Shown: positions 18,824 to 29,775, counted from the first letter of the stretch. The stretch: 64,000 nucleotides of DNA from an uncultured Arcobacter sp. (GCA_965140705.1 OZ223300.1:1600001-1664000); one strand, 5' to 3'. Made by a program: numbers and translations. Notes: generated by a model not told the origin, from the sequence alone.

Positions 18824-21526
18824 ATGGATAATGATAATTTAAGTGCTAAAAAAACCATAACTGTAATAGATACATTTGGCTTTTTGTTTAGAAGTTTTTA
18901 TGCACTTCCTCCTTTAAAATCAAAAGATGGCTTTCCAACAGGATTATTAACAGGATTTATGAACTTTATATCTAATATTGGGAAAGATTTTCAAACTGAT
19001 TATATAGTTTTTGCCCTTGACTCAAAAGGTGATACTTTTAGAAATGCAATCTATGACCAATATAAAGCACAAAGACCAGATGTGCCAGAAGATTTATTAA
19101 GACAACTTCCAGTTGCAATTTCATGGATAGAAGAAATGGGATTTAAAACAGCCATTAAAAGTGGATTTGAAGCGGATGATATTATTGCATCAATTGCCCA
19201 CGATGCAAGAGAAAAAAACTTAGAAGTTAGAATAGTAAGCCATGATAAGGATTTATATCAATTAATTGATGATGATACAGTTTATTTATTTGACCCAATT
19301 AAAAAAGTAATAATAAATGAAGAAAAGTGTTATGAAAAATATGGTGTTCATCCTAATCAATTTACAGATTATCAATCACTTTTAGGTGATAGTGCAGATA
19401 ATGTTCCTGGTGTAAAAGGGGTAGGGGCTAAAACAGCAGAAGCCTTGATAAAAGAGTTTGGAACTTTGGAAAATATTTATGAAAATATTGAAAGTGTGCC
19501 AAAACCTAGATGGAAAACACTTCTTTTAGAAAATAAAGAGATGGCTTTTATCTCAAAAGAGTTAGTTACCTTAAAAAAAGATTGTCACTGTATAGATTTT
19601 TTAGATCAATTTGAATTGCCAAAAGAGAATCCAATTTTAAAAATTCAAGATACTTTAGCAAAATATGACTTAACTAAAATAGTTGAAAGAGTTCATCAAA
19701 ATGGACTTAACTATAAAACTCAAATGCCCAAACCAAAAGAGAAAGTAACTTATAACTATATATTATTAGATACAAAAGAGAAACTAGAAAAGATAATAAA
19801 TTCTATTCCAAAAGATTCTATTGTTGCCTTTGATACAGAAACAACAAGTTTAGATACTAAAATAGCAAAAATAGTTGGTTTTTCATTCTCTTTTGATGAA
19901 AACAGTGCTTATTATGTCCCTATCGCTCACTCTTATTTAGGTGCTCCAGAGCAAGTTTCAATAGAAGATGCTAAAAGTGCAATTAATAAATTAAATAATT
20001 TTAAACTTATTGTTCAAAATTTCAAATATGACTTTGATATCATAAAATTTAACTTTGATATAACATTAACTTTATTTGCTGATACTATTATTTTAGCTTG
20101 GTTACTAGATAGTAGTTCAAAAGTAGGGCTTGATGCCCTTGCAAAAAGTTATTTTGATCATACAATGATTGCCTTTAAAGATGTGGTTAAAAAAGGTGAT
20201 GATTTTTCTACTGTTGATATTTCAAGTGCTTGTAACTATGCAGCAGAAGATGCTTTAATGACATACAAAATATACTTTAAACTACTAGAAGAGTTTAAAA
20301 AACAAAATTGTGAACATCTTTTAAAAATAGCAGATGATTATGAATTTAAATTTATAGATGTACTAATTAACATGCAGAATAATGGTGTAAAAATTGATAC
20401 ACAAATTTTAGAAAACCTCAAAATCAAAAATCAAGAATATATTCAAGAACTTACAAAAAAAATCCATGAATTAGCTGGGAGTAAATTTAATATAAATTCA
20501 CCAAAACAATTGGGTGTAGTACTTTTTGAAACATTGGGCTTACCTGCTTCTAAAAAGGGGAAAACAGGTTATAGTACAAATGAAGTAGTATTAAATAAAT
20601 TAGTAGATTCCCATGAAATCATTCCTGTAATATTAGATTATAGAGAAGCTTATAAACTACAATCTACATATATCGAGCCACTTTTAGAACTAGCTTCTAA
20701 TGACAAAGAAAATAAAATTTATACCTCTTTTTTACAAACAGGAACAGCAACAGGAAGACTTAGTTCAAAAAATCCAAACTTACAAAATATTCCAGTAAAA
20801 AGCACTGCAGGAAGAGAGATAAGAAAAGCCTTTATAGCAAGAGATGGTTATAAACTTGTTGGGATTGATTATTCTCAAATAGAATTAAGATTATTGGCTC
20901 ACTTTAGTAAAGATAAAGCTTTGGTTGATGCCTTTAATAGAGATTTAGATATTCATAGCCAAACGGCTGTAAAAATATTTGGTGAAGAAAAAGCAGCCCA
21001 AAAAAGAAATATTGCTAAAACAATTAATTTTGGATTACTTTATGGAATGGGAAGTAAAAAATTAGCAGATACACTTAAAATAACTCCAAAAGAGGCTAAA
21101 GTTTACATTGATTCATATTTTGAAGCCTTTACAAATGTAAAAGAGTATATGAAGTCAATAGAAGATTTTGCTTTGGAAAATGGATATGTTGAAACGCTAA
21201 TTAAAAGAAGAAGAATATTTGATTTTAATGCAGCAAATACTATGCAAAGAATAGGTTATTTAAGAGAGGCAGTTAATACAAAATTTCAAGGAAGTGCAGC
21301 TGATTTGATAAAATTATCTATGATAAAAATCTTTGAAAAATATAAAAATAATGAAGATTTAAAGATGATTTTACAAATCCATGATGAACTTATTTTTGAA
21401 GTAAAAAATGAAAAACAAGATGAAATAACAAATGATTTGAAAAAAATAATGGAAAATATATTTGCTCTTGAAATACCGTTAAAGGTTTCTGTTGCTGTAG
21501 GTAATAGTTGGGGTGATTTAAAGTAA
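18824..21526 (+). CDS. polA: DNA polymerase I
   Basis: 5'-3' exonuclease (FEADD, GDSADNVPGV), 3'-5' exonuclease (FDTETT), polymerase (DYSQIELR, KTINFGLLYG, QIHDEL). Confidence 0.98.
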   Translation: MDNDNLSAKKTITVIDTFGFLFRSFYALPPLKSKDGFPTGLLTGFMNFISNIGKDFQTDYIVFALDSKGDTFRNAIYDQYKAQRPDVPEDLLRQLPVAISWIEEMGFKTAIKSGFEADDIIASIAHDAREKNLEVRIVSHDKDLYQLIDDDTVYLFDPIKKVIINEEKCYEKYGVHPNQFTDYQSLLGDSADNVPGVKGVGAKTAEALIKEFGTLENIYENIESVPKPRWKTLLLENKEMAFISKELVTLKKDCHCIDFLDQFELPKENPILKIQDTLAKYDLTKIVERVHQNGLNYKTQMPKPKEKVTYNYILLDTKEKLEKIINSIPKDSIVAFDTETTSLDTKIAKIVGFSFSFDENSAYYVPIAHSYLGAPEQVSIEDAKSAINKLNNFKLIVQNFKYDFDIIKFNFDITLTLFADTIILAWLLDSSSKVGLDALAKSYFDHTMIAFKDVVKKGDDFSTVDISSACNYAAEDALMTYKIYFKLLEEFKKQNCEHLLKIADDYEFKFIDVLINMQNNGVKIDTQILENLKIKNQEYIQELTKKIHELAGSKFNINSPKQLGVVLFETLGLPASKKGKTGYSTNEVVLNKLVDSHEIIPVILDYREAYKLQSTYIEPLLELASNDKENKIYTSFLQTGTATGRLSSKNPNLQNIPVKSTAGREIRKAFIARDGYKLVGIDYSQIELRLLAHFSKDKALVDAFNRDLDIHSQTAVKIFGEEKAAQKRNIAKTINFGLLYGMGSKKLADTLKITPKEAKVYIDSYFEAFTNVKEYMKSIEDFALENGYVETLIKRRRIFDFNAANTMQRIGYLREAVNTKFQGSAADLIKLSMIKIFEKYKNNEDLKMILQIHDELIFEVKNEKQDEITNDLKKIMENIFALEIPLKVSVAVGNSWGDLK

Positions 21527-21561
21527 AATAAAAAACTTTTTTATTAAAAAATAATTTTCTT

Positions 21562-21590
21562 TTGACAAAAAAAATAAATTTGGCTATAAT
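21562..21590 (+). promoter_or_regulatory. Sigma70-type promoter
   Basis: TTGACA-17 bp-TATAAT, exact consensus, 30 bp upstream of ATG 21621. Confidence 0.8.
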
Positions 21591-21620
21591 AATATAAATA
21601 AACAAATTAAAGAGTAATGT

Positions 21621-22331
21621 ATGATTAAAACACTAAAAAATATTAGAAAACTAAATAATGCAAAATTATTAGTTGTAAGTAGTGATTTAAATGTTAAAAA
21701 ATCTTTAGAACAAGATTTAGACAATTATTTTAAAGAAGTTAGTTTTGTTTCAAATAATAAAGATGCATTAATTTTAGCTGGACAAAGTAGCTATGACCTT
21801 GTAATTATAGATACTCAATGTGATGGCATGATTTTTAAAGATTTTTGTTTTGAATTAGTTGAAATAGCTCAAACGCTACCTAAAATAATAATTTCTAATG
21901 AAGATAATAGTGATGATATAGTTACAGCTGTTAATTGTAACTCATATACATTTATTTCAAAACCCTTACGATTACAGGATTTAAAATTAGCAATTATAAT
22001 GTGCCTAAATCAGACAAAAAGAGGGGATAAAGTTGAGTTCCAAAATGGAATTTACTTCGATGAATATAGAGATCAATTTTTTAAATCAGGTGGAACAGCG
22101 ATTGATTTCACAAGACTTGAAAAAGGATTCTTAAAACTTCTTATTGCAAGAAGAGGTGAAATTACTGATTATGATACAATTAAAGAAGTTGTATGGAAAG
22201 GTAAAAATATGTCTATTTATACAATGAGAAATATTGTAAATAAAATACGACAAAAAACTTATTATGAAATAATTAAAAATCATTCTAATAAGGGATATGT
22301 AATTGACGAAACAGGTATGAAGAGATTCTAA
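21621..22331 (+). CDS. OmpR-family response regulator with atypical receiver
   Basis: REC-like DLVIID, FISKP; C-terminal winged helix (EVVW..VNKIRQK..IIKNHSNKGY). Confidence 0.85.
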   Translation: MIKTLKNIRKLNNAKLLVVSSDLNVKKSLEQDLDNYFKEVSFVSNNKDALILAGQSSYDLVIIDTQCDGMIFKDFCFELVEIAQTLPKIIISNEDNSDDIVTAVNCNSYTFISKPLRLQDLKLAIIMCLNQTKRGDKVEFQNGIYFDEYRDQFFKSGGTAIDFTRLEKGFLKLLIARRGEITDYDTIKEVVWKGKNMSIYTMRNIVNKIRQKTYYEIIKNHSNKGYVIDETGMKRF

Positions 22332-22349
22332 ATAAAAAAGGGTGCCTAA

Positions 22350-22541
22350 ATGGAAGAACTAATTTTGACAAAAGAAGAATTAGTTGAAATGTTCGAAAAT
22401 CATGTTCTTGAGGACACTCAAAAAGGTTGGTTATTTGATAAAAAGGTAGTAGAAATTATTGCTTTACATGAAGTAGAACCTAAATATCTACAAGATATTA
22501 CGAATGCAAAATATTATAAAATAATCCCGAAAGGTAATTAA
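22350..22541 (+). CDS. Small hypothetical protein
   Basis: 63-aa ORF between co-oriented genes, stop overlapping the next start (TAATG). Confidence 0.7.
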   Translation: MEELILTKEELVEMFENHVLEDTQKGWLFDKKVVEIIALHEVEPKYLQDITNAKYYKIIPKGN

Positions 22542-22795
22542 TGTCACACTGTCCGTTCTGTAAAAAAAAGATTGCTATGAGCAAAGCATTTTGTTCAAGA
22601 AGTTGTAAAGAGAACTATTTTCAACTAATAGCAATACAAGTTCCAAAACCATTCTTAAAAAGAATATTTGTGTTTTGTGATCCTGAACAAAGAGAAGCAG
22701 AAATTGAAAACTTCGCTGATAGACATGGTTGGCGATTAGATTTATTGAAGAATAAAATAGATGAACTAGCAGTAGAACATGGATTCACAAACTGA
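22541..22795 (+). CDS. Zn-ribbon protein (DUF2116-like)
   Basis: HCPFC..FCSRSC motif. Confidence 0.8.
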   Translation: MSHCPFCKKKIAMSKAFCSRSCKENYFQLIAIQVPKPFLKRIFVFCDPEQREAEIENFADRHGWRLDLLKNKIDELAVEHGFTN

Positions 22796-22920
22796 CCAAA
22801 CAGATTTCAAATACTCAATAAAAATCAACAATTCATTATCTAAAAGTTGCTATCAATATGTTAAAAAGAAAGGAAATAGACTTAGTTCCATAAATAAAAA
22901 GAGAGTAAATCTATTAAATG

Positions 22921-23733
22921 TTAACTAAGTCTTTTCTTCATAATAAATAAAATTACAATAGCTATAACTAAGATACAAAATGATTGTAGCATACCCATTG
23001 TAAGCCACCCACCATATAAAAATCCCAATTGAACATCTGGTTGTCTAAAGAATTCAGCAGTAATTCTAGCAAGGGAATAACATAAAGCATAAATAATAGC
23101 TAGTTGCCCATCAAATTTTTTTCTATTTCTATAATATACTAATATTAGAAAGACAACTAATCCCTCAAGAAATGCCTCATATATTTGAGAGGGGTGTCTT
23201 AAAACACCATTTACATATATTCCCCAAGGCACGTCTGTAACTCTTCCTATAAGCCCTTGATTAAAAAAGTTTCCAAATCTACCAAATATATATCCAAAAC
23301 TAATTCCTAAAACTGCAATATCAGTTATAAACCAAAAAGAGACTTTGTTTTTTTTGCAAAATAAAAGAGTAGCAATTAAAAAACCAATAAAAGCCCCATG
23401 ATAACTCATTCCTGAAATTCCAGTATATGTCCCATCAACAAAGGGGTTAAATATTTGCCAAGGATGAGTTAAATAATATTTTGTATGTGTATCATAAAAT
23501 AAGACATATCCTATTCTTGCACCTAAAATTACTCCAATTTCTGCCCACCAAATATATGAATCAAAAATCTCTTGTTTGATATTTATTTTGTCATAGTTTA
23601 TAAACCATTTAGCAACAAAAATTGCACTTAATAATGCAAGAGCATACATAATCCCATACCAATGAACTGAAACAGGACCTAAATGAAATGCTATTGGATT
23701 AAATTGAGAATAGATATTTTTCCAAAACTCCAT
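22921..23733 (-). CDS. lgt: Prolipoprotein diacylglyceryl transferase
   Basis: VHWYGIMY, GARIGY, GMSYHG, GRFGNFFN, RHPSQIYE, EFFRQPD. Confidence 0.97.
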   Translation of the reverse strand: MEFWKNIYSQFNPIAFHLGPVSVHWYGIMYALALLSAIFVAKWFINYDKINIKQEIFDSYIWWAEIGVILGARIGYVLFYDTHTKYYLTHPWQIFNPFVDGTYTGISGMSYHGAFIGFLIATLLFCKKNKVSFWFITDIAVLGISFGYIFGRFGNFFNQGLIGRVTDVPWGIYVNGVLRHPSQIYEAFLEGLVVFLILVYYRNRKKFDGQLAIIYALCYSLARITAEFFRQPDVQLGFLYGGWLTMGMLQSFCILVIAIVILFIMKKRLS

Positions 23734-25031
23734 TAATTTAAGGCCTCAGCTATCAGTTCAATTGGATTTTTAAATACAACATCAACATCTGCTTGATATA
23801 AAGAGTTTGTAATTTGCATTCTACATGCACTACATTCGGCACTTACAACTTGAGCTTTAGTCTCTTTTATCATTGCAGCTTTTGGAGCACCTGCTGCTTT
23901 TGAAAAGTGATATTTTTCAGTTTGCATAGTAACTCCACCAAAACCACAACATCTATTAGAATCACTCATTTCTGTTAGAACATAATTTTGTTTTAATAGG
24001 TTTCTTGGTTCTTGCCAAACATTTTGCATCTTTTTAGCATGACAAGGGTCATGATAAGTTACTACATCATCAATTTTTTTACCTGAATTAGCCAACATTT
24101 CTTTTAATTTTGTATTATTTTCAAGCCATTTTGTAGCCATAAAAACTTTTTTAGCTAATTTTGCAGCTCTTTCTTTCCATTGGGGTTGATTATGTAAATA
24201 ATGTTCCCAATCTTGGTTAATCATAGCACTACATGTAGCTTCTGGAATAATTATGGCATCAACATCATCTATCCATGTTTCAAAATACTCTATATTTTTC
24301 TTAACTAAATAATCAACAGTATCAAAATCACCTGTAAAATATGCAGGTGCTCCACAACATAACTGTTTTTTAGGAATAAAAATATCTATTTCTAGTTTTT
24401 TTAAAATATCAACTAAACTATCACCAATATTTGTATAACTATAATTACCCATACAACCGATGAAAATAGCAACTCTATTTTTTATACTACTATCTTTATT
24501 TTTAACATTTGCAGGTATATTTTCTGGATATTTATTTAAAAATGTTCTTTTATCTGCATAGGGTAAAGCTCTATCTTTTTTAACAATTGGTAAAGAAAAC
24601 CTTGGAACTGCTGAACTACTTTTTTCTTCAATTTTTATTGCACAGGTTTGAAACATCCAACCAAGTTTAGACATAAAATCCATAATTTTTCTATGTCTCA
24701 ATAAAAAGAAAAAAGCTCTTTTATACCAAGCTATTCCATATTTTTTTGCAATATCAGAACGAACTTGTTCAATAATCATATCTGTGGGTAAGTCATTTGG
24801 ACAAACTTCAACGCAGTTTGTACATAAAAAACAACTCTCGAATATATCTTTTGCTGTTTTATCTAACTCTAATTCATCTCTCTCATATGCACCTAATAAA
24901 TCAATAAATCCTCTTGGACTTGTTGCTTCATCTTGATTTATATTAAATATCGTACATACAGGTTTACATTTTCCACATTTAACGCAATCATCGCTAATGC
25001 TAGTATAATCAAATTTATTAATTGTTTTCAT
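23733..25031 (-). CDS. Fe-S oxidoreductase, GlcF/GlpC-like (two 4Fe-4S clusters + two CCG domains)
   Basis: CVKCGKCKPVC, CFLCTNCVEVCP, CCGAP, YHDPCH, CCGFGG. Confidence 0.9.
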   Translation of the reverse strand: MKTINKFDYTSISDDCVKCGKCKPVCTIFNINQDEATSPRGFIDLLGAYERDELELDKTAKDIFESCFLCTNCVEVCPNDLPTDMIIEQVRSDIAKKYGIAWYKRAFFFLLRHRKIMDFMSKLGWMFQTCAIKIEEKSSSAVPRFSLPIVKKDRALPYADKRTFLNKYPENIPANVKNKDSSIKNRVAIFIGCMGNYSYTNIGDSLVDILKKLEIDIFIPKKQLCCGAPAYFTGDFDTVDYLVKKNIEYFETWIDDVDAIIIPEATCSAMINQDWEHYLHNQPQWKERAAKLAKKVFMATKWLENNTKLKEMLANSGKKIDDVVTYHDPCHAKKMQNVWQEPRNLLKQNYVLTEMSDSNRCCGFGGVTMQTEKYHFSKAAGAPKAAMIKETKAQVVSAECSACRMQITNSLYQADVDVVFKNPIELIAEALN

Positions 25032-26398
25032 TATATAGTTTTACTAAACCTTCTTTTATTTTCAGGAATTTTTTTCAAATAAGCATCAAAAGGCATACAA
25101 ATGTTTCGTATAAGCATTGCACCTGTTGGATTTACTTTTATAAACTCTTTATCCAATGTCATTAGCTCAGCTTCTATAAACTCATCTAAAGCATTCACAT
25201 CCTCTTTGAAGTATTCAAAAAAGTCAATATGGAACTTCTCTTCAACTCTTTTTATATTTAAAGAGAAATTACTCATAAGTTCCATAATTACAAATTGTCT
25301 TAATTGGTCATCAGCACTTAATTTGTAACCTTTAAATGTAGGTAATTTACCATTATCTAAAGCTTCTTCATATTGTTTTAAATCTTTGTAGTTTTGTGCA
25401 TAATAATCAACTCCATCACCAATCGAGGTAACACCAATACCTATTAAATCAGCTCCACCTTTAGTAGTATAACCTTGGAAGTTTCTATGTAATTCACCTT
25501 TTTCAATTGCTTTAAAAAGCTCATCATTTTCTTTTGCAAAGTGATCCATTCCAACCATTTTATAACCATTACTAGTAAAAAAGTCAATAGTGTCCTTTAA
25601 AATAAGTAGTTTTTCACTAGGTGGGGCAAAAGTTGTTTCATCAAACTTTCTCATAGTCTTCATAAGCCAAGGAACATGGGCATAATTAAATACAGCAAAT
25701 CTATCAGCATCAAGCTTTAATATTTGATTTAATGTCTTATTAAATGTTTCTCTATTTTGATGTGGTAAACCATATATTAAATCGATATTTATAGATTTGA
25801 TTCCAGCTTCCCTTGCAATATTCATAACATTTTGAGTTGTTTCATATGGTTGAATTCTATGAATAGTTTTTTGAACCTCTTCATCTAAATCTTGAACTCC
25901 AAAACTAAGTCTATTAAATCCACCTTTTTTTAGAACATCCATATGTTCTTTAGTAAAATATCTAGGATCCACTTCACATGAGATCTCAGCATCACTACTA
26001 AAATTGGGAAAACTTCTTTTTATCATAGAAATCACTTCATCCAATTGTTCAGGTGAGAAATAAGTAGGAGTTCCTCCACCAAAATGCATTTGAGTCACTT
26101 GTCTTGATGTATCAACATATTTTTCAAGTAGTTTTAACTCTTTTTGTACGTATTCTAAATATCTTACTTTTTTATCTTCTTTAGATGTAAAGATTACATT
26201 ACATCCACAGAAATAACAGGCACTTCTACAAAATGGAAGATGTAGATATAATGATAGATTACGTGAAGAGTCTTGTTTTGAAAAAATTTCTATTAAATCT
26301 TCTTGTGAAAACTCTTCTGTAAACTCAGGAGCTGTTGGATATGAAGTATATCTAGGTCCTGGTTTTGAGTATTTTTCAAACTTCTTAAAATCAATCAT
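25031..26398 (-). CDS. hemN: Oxygen-independent coproporphyrinogen III oxidase
   Basis: [36 protein letters not shown]. Confidence 0.97.
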   Translation of the reverse strand: MIDFKKFEKYSKPGPRYTSYPTAPEFTEEFSQEDLIEIFSKQDSSRNLSLYLHLPFCRSACYFCGCNVIFTSKEDKKVRYLEYVQKELKLLEKYVDTSRQVTQMHFGGGTPTYFSPEQLDEVISMIKRSFPNFSSDAEISCEVDPRYFTKEHMDVLKKGGFNRLSFGVQDLDEEVQKTIHRIQPYETTQNVMNIAREAGIKSINIDLIYGLPHQNRETFNKTLNQILKLDADRFAVFNYAHVPWLMKTMRKFDETTFAPPSEKLLILKDTIDFFTSNGYKMVGMDHFAKENDELFKAIEKGELHRNFQGYTTKGGADLIGIGVTSIGDGVDYYAQNYKDLKQYEEALDNGKLPTFKGYKLSADDQLRQFVIMELMSNFSLNIKRVEEKFHIDFFEYFKEDVNALDEFIEAELMTLDKEFIKVNPTGAMLIRNICMPFDAYLKKIPENKRRFSKTI

Positions 26399-27317
26399 TT
26401 CGTTTACCGTCTAGCCAAACCATAACACCTTTTTGTGCATGTAGTCTATTTTCAGCTTCTTCGAATACTTTACTTTGAGGTCCTTCAAATACCTCTTCAG
26501 ATACTTCATACTCTCTATAAGCTGGTAAACAATGTAAGAAAATAGCATCACTAGTTGCATAAGACATAAGCTTTGTATCTACAATATAACCTTCAAAGTC
26601 TTTTACTCTTTTCTCTTTTTCATCTTCTTGTCCCATAGACACCCAAGTATCAGTTGTAACAACAGTTGCATCTTTTATAGCTTCAATTGGATCATTCCCA
26701 ATCACTATTTTTGCACCTGATTCTTTTGCAAACTCTAAAGCTCTATCTAAAATCTCTTGTTTAACTTCATATCCTTTAGGAGTAGCAATTCTAAGTTCAA
26801 ACCCAAGTTTTGATGCTAACATAAGCCATGAATGGGCTAAATTATTTCCATCTCCAACATATGCAGCAACCAAATCTTTATCTTTGCCTTCTTCCATAAT
26901 TGTCATATAATCAGCCATAAGTTGTACTGGATGGAAATCATCAGTTAGTCCATTTATAACAGGTACTTTTGAATATTTTGTAAACTCTTCAAGTTTTGAG
27001 TGTTCAAAGGTTCTAATCATCACCATATCAACCATTCTTGAGATAACTCGTGAAGTATCACTCATTGGTTCACCTCGTCCTAGTTGTATATCATTTGATG
27101 ATAAGAATAGTCCTACTCCACCTAATTGATAAATACCTGTTTCAAAAGATACTCTTGTTCTTGTTGAACTTTTTTCAAAAATCATTCCAAGTACTTGTTT
27201 AGGTAAATACTCTTTAAAGTTTCTTTGTTTTGTTTCAGCTTTTATTTGCTTTGCTAGTTCTAGAATTTCTAATAATTCTTCTTTACTAAAATCTGCAATT
27301 GTTAAGAAATGTCTCAT
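26391..27317 (-). CDS. argF: Ornithine carbamoyltransferase
   Basis: [27 protein letters not shown]. Confidence 0.98.
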   Translation of the reverse strand: MRHFLTIADFSKEELLEILELAKQIKAETKQRNFKEYLPKQVLGMIFEKSSTRTRVSFETGIYQLGGVGLFLSSNDIQLGRGEPMSDTSRVISRMVDMVMIRTFEHSKLEEFTKYSKVPVINGLTDDFHPVQLMADYMTIMEEGKDKDLVAAYVGDGNNLAHSWLMLASKLGFELRIATPKGYEVKQEILDRALEFAKESGAKIVIGNDPIEAIKDATVVTTDTWVSMGQEDEKEKRVKDFEGYIVDTKLMSYATSDAIFLHCLPAYREYEVSEEVFEGPQSKVFEEAENRLHAQKGVMVWLDGKRND

Positions 27318-27518
27318 TCTAATCCCTTGTTTTTATAAAAGCAAATATTATATTAGAATTGGCTTTATTTTAAACTTAATTCTTAATATTATTTACTTAA
27401 AAAATATAAATAAATTTCTTTTGAAAAGACCTTAAAATGACACTTTAGTGACTTTTTAAGTAATAACAAATTAAGACAATATTACTTAAACTTTGCTTAT
27501 TAGATTGAAGGAAAAAAA

Positions 27519-29633
27519 ATGAAGAAATATATATTCAAAAGGGATAAGGAAAAAGAAGAATACCAATCTTATAAAATAAAAGATGCAATTAAAAAGGCAT
27601 TTAAAAGTGTACAAGTTACTTATGACGAAAGAGTATTTTTTAATGTTGTTAATAAATTAGAGTTAATTGAAGAATTATTTGTAGAAGATATTCAAGATAT
27701 AATAGAAAAAGAGCTTTATAATTTTAACTATTTTGAGGTAATGAAATCATTTATGGTATATAGACATACCCACAAACTCCAAAGGGAACATGTCTTAGGA
27801 TTAAATGAAGATACAACTTATATAAACTCAACTCAAACTGTTGAAGAGTATATTTTTAAAAGTGATTGGAGAGTAAATGCTAATTCTAATACTGGATATT
27901 CCCATGCTGGTCTTATAAATAATAGTGCAGGTAAAATAATTGCAAATTATTGGCTTGATAAAATTTACTCTAAAAAAGAGGGATATGCTCATAGAAATGC
28001 TGATTATCATATTCATGATTTAGATTGTTTAAGTGGATATTGTGCAGGATGGAGTTTAAGAATTTTACTTGATGAAGGATTTAATCAAGTAAGAGGAAGA
28101 GTAGAAAGCACTGCTCCAAATCATTTTAGAGAAGCTTTAGGGCAAATGGCAAACTTCTTAGGGATACTACAAAGTGAGTGGGCAGGTGCCCAAGCTTTTA
28201 GTAGCTTTGATACTTACTTAGCTCCTTATGTATTTAAAGATAATTTAGAATATAAAGAGATAAAAAAAGCTATTCGAAGTTTTATTTATAATCTAAATGT
28301 TCCAGCTCGTTGGGGACAAAGCCCTTTTACAAATATTACTATTGATTGGACTGTTCCAAATGATTTAAAAGATCAAATTCCAACACGAAATCAAAAGCAC
28401 TTATTTAAAGGTTTTGAAGATGAAGTTCTTTTAAAAAAATTAAGAATAAAAGGTTGTAACTCATTTGAAGAATTGACTTATAAAAACTTCCAAAATGAGA
28501 TGAACCTTATAAACAAAGCCTATTATGAGATAATGACAGAAGGTGATAAAACAGGTCAACCTTTTACTTTTCCTATTCCTACAGTGAATATTACTGAAGA
28601 TTTTGATTGGTATGGAGAAAATACAGATTTATTATTTGAAAATACAGCAAAAATTGGAAGTTCTTATTTTCAAAATTTTATTGGTAGCCAATATGAAAAA
28701 GATGAAAATGGGAATTTAATCCCAAATGAAAAAGCCTATAAACCAGGTCATGTAAGAAGTATGTGTTGTAGATTGCAACTTGACTTAAGAGAACTTCTTA
28801 AAAGGGGAGGTGGATTATTTGGAAGCGCTGAAATGACAGGAAGTATTGGTGTAGTTACTATTAATATGGCAAGACTAGGATATTTATACAAAGGTGATAT
28901 AAATAGTCTACTTAAAAAATTAGAAGAGTTAATGGATTTGGCAAAATCAACCTTAGAGAAAAAAAGAGTCTTTATTCAAGATATGTATGAAAGAGGTCTT
29001 TTCCCATATACAAAAAGATATCTTAAAGGATTTAATAATCATTTTTCGACTATTGGAGTAAATGGAATGAATGAGATGTTAAAAAACTATTTTTCAAATG
29101 ATGTTGATATGGCTTCAGATATTGGAAATGATTTTTGTATTCAAATATTAGATTTCATGAGAGATAAAATGCTTCAATATCAAGAAGAGACTGGTAACTT
29201 ATATAATCTTGAAGCAACACCAGCTGAGGGTACAACTTATAGGTTTGCAAAAGAGGATAAAAAAAGATTTAAAGATATTATTCAAGCTGGATTTGATAAA
29301 AACATCTATTATACAAACTCTTCTCAACTTCCAGCAAACTATACAGATGATCCATTTGAAGCCTTAACTTTACAAGATGAACTTCAGTGTAAATATACTG
29401 GTGGGACAGTTTTACACTTGTATATGAATGAAAGAATCTCATCAATAGAGTCTTGTAGAAAATTTGTAAAAAATGTAATTACAAACTTTAGACTTCCATA
29501 TATAACAGTAACACCACTATTTTCTATTTGTGAAAAACATGGATATTTAAATGGAGAACATGAGTTTTGTCCAAAATGTGACGAAGAAATTTTAAAACAG
29601 GAGATGAAAAATGAATTATCAAGAATTGCTTGA
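27519..29633 (+). CDS. nrdD: Class III (anaerobic) ribonucleoside-triphosphate reductase large chain with ATP-cone, lacking the C-terminal glycyl-radical loop
   Basis: ATP-cone (KRD..KIKDAIKKA), HIHDL, YCAGW, RSMCCRL, NLEATPAE, YTGGTVLH, Zn site CEKH..CPKC; stops 14 aa after CPKC with no RxxGY. Confidence 0.95.
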   Translation: MKKYIFKRDKEKEEYQSYKIKDAIKKAFKSVQVTYDERVFFNVVNKLELIEELFVEDIQDIIEKELYNFNYFEVMKSFMVYRHTHKLQREHVLGLNEDTTYINSTQTVEEYIFKSDWRVNANSNTGYSHAGLINNSAGKIIANYWLDKIYSKKEGYAHRNADYHIHDLDCLSGYCAGWSLRILLDEGFNQVRGRVESTAPNHFREALGQMANFLGILQSEWAGAQAFSSFDTYLAPYVFKDNLEYKEIKKAIRSFIYNLNVPARWGQSPFTNITIDWTVPNDLKDQIPTRNQKHLFKGFEDEVLLKKLRIKGCNSFEELTYKNFQNEMNLINKAYYEIMTEGDKTGQPFTFPIPTVNITEDFDWYGENTDLLFENTAKIGSSYFQNFIGSQYEKDENGNLIPNEKAYKPGHVRSMCCRLQLDLRELLKRGGGLFGSAEMTGSIGVVTINMARLGYLYKGDINSLLKKLEELMDLAKSTLEKKRVFIQDMYERGLFPYTKRYLKGFNNHFSTIGVNGMNEMLKNYFSNDVDMASDIGNDFCIQILDFMRDKMLQYQEETGNLYNLEATPAEGTTYRFAKEDKKRFKDIIQAGFDKNIYYTNSSQLPANYTDDPFEALTLQDELQCKYTGGTVLHLYMNERISSIESCRKFVKNVITNFRLPYITVTPLFSICEKHGYLNGEHEFCPKCDEEILKQEMKNELSRIA

Positions 29634-29775
29634 AAAAAATAGTAAAAAAAGAACAAAATGTATAGTTTATACTAGAGTTATGGGTTATCATAGACCAGTT
29701 GAAAGCTTTAATATAGGTAAAAAAGGTGAACACAAAGAGAGAATCAAATTTGTTGAATCAAAAAATTGTTTATGA
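29611..29775 (+). CDS. 54-aa standalone NrdD glycyl-radical-loop protein (not in the ORF track)
   Basis: Hand translation MNYQELLEKNSKKRTKCIVYTRVMGYHRPVESFNIGKKGEHKERIKFVESKNCL; AGGAG-like SD at ~29599-29603; +1 frame relative to nrdD. Confidence 0.9.
   Translation: MNYQELLEKNSKKRTKCIVYTRVMGYHRPVESFNIGKKGEHKERIKFVESKNCL

Noticed and set aside
22779..22928. 49-codon ORF (MDSQTDQTDFKYSIK...) filling the gap before lgt
   Set aside because: No clear SD or motif; cannot be supported without conservation data.
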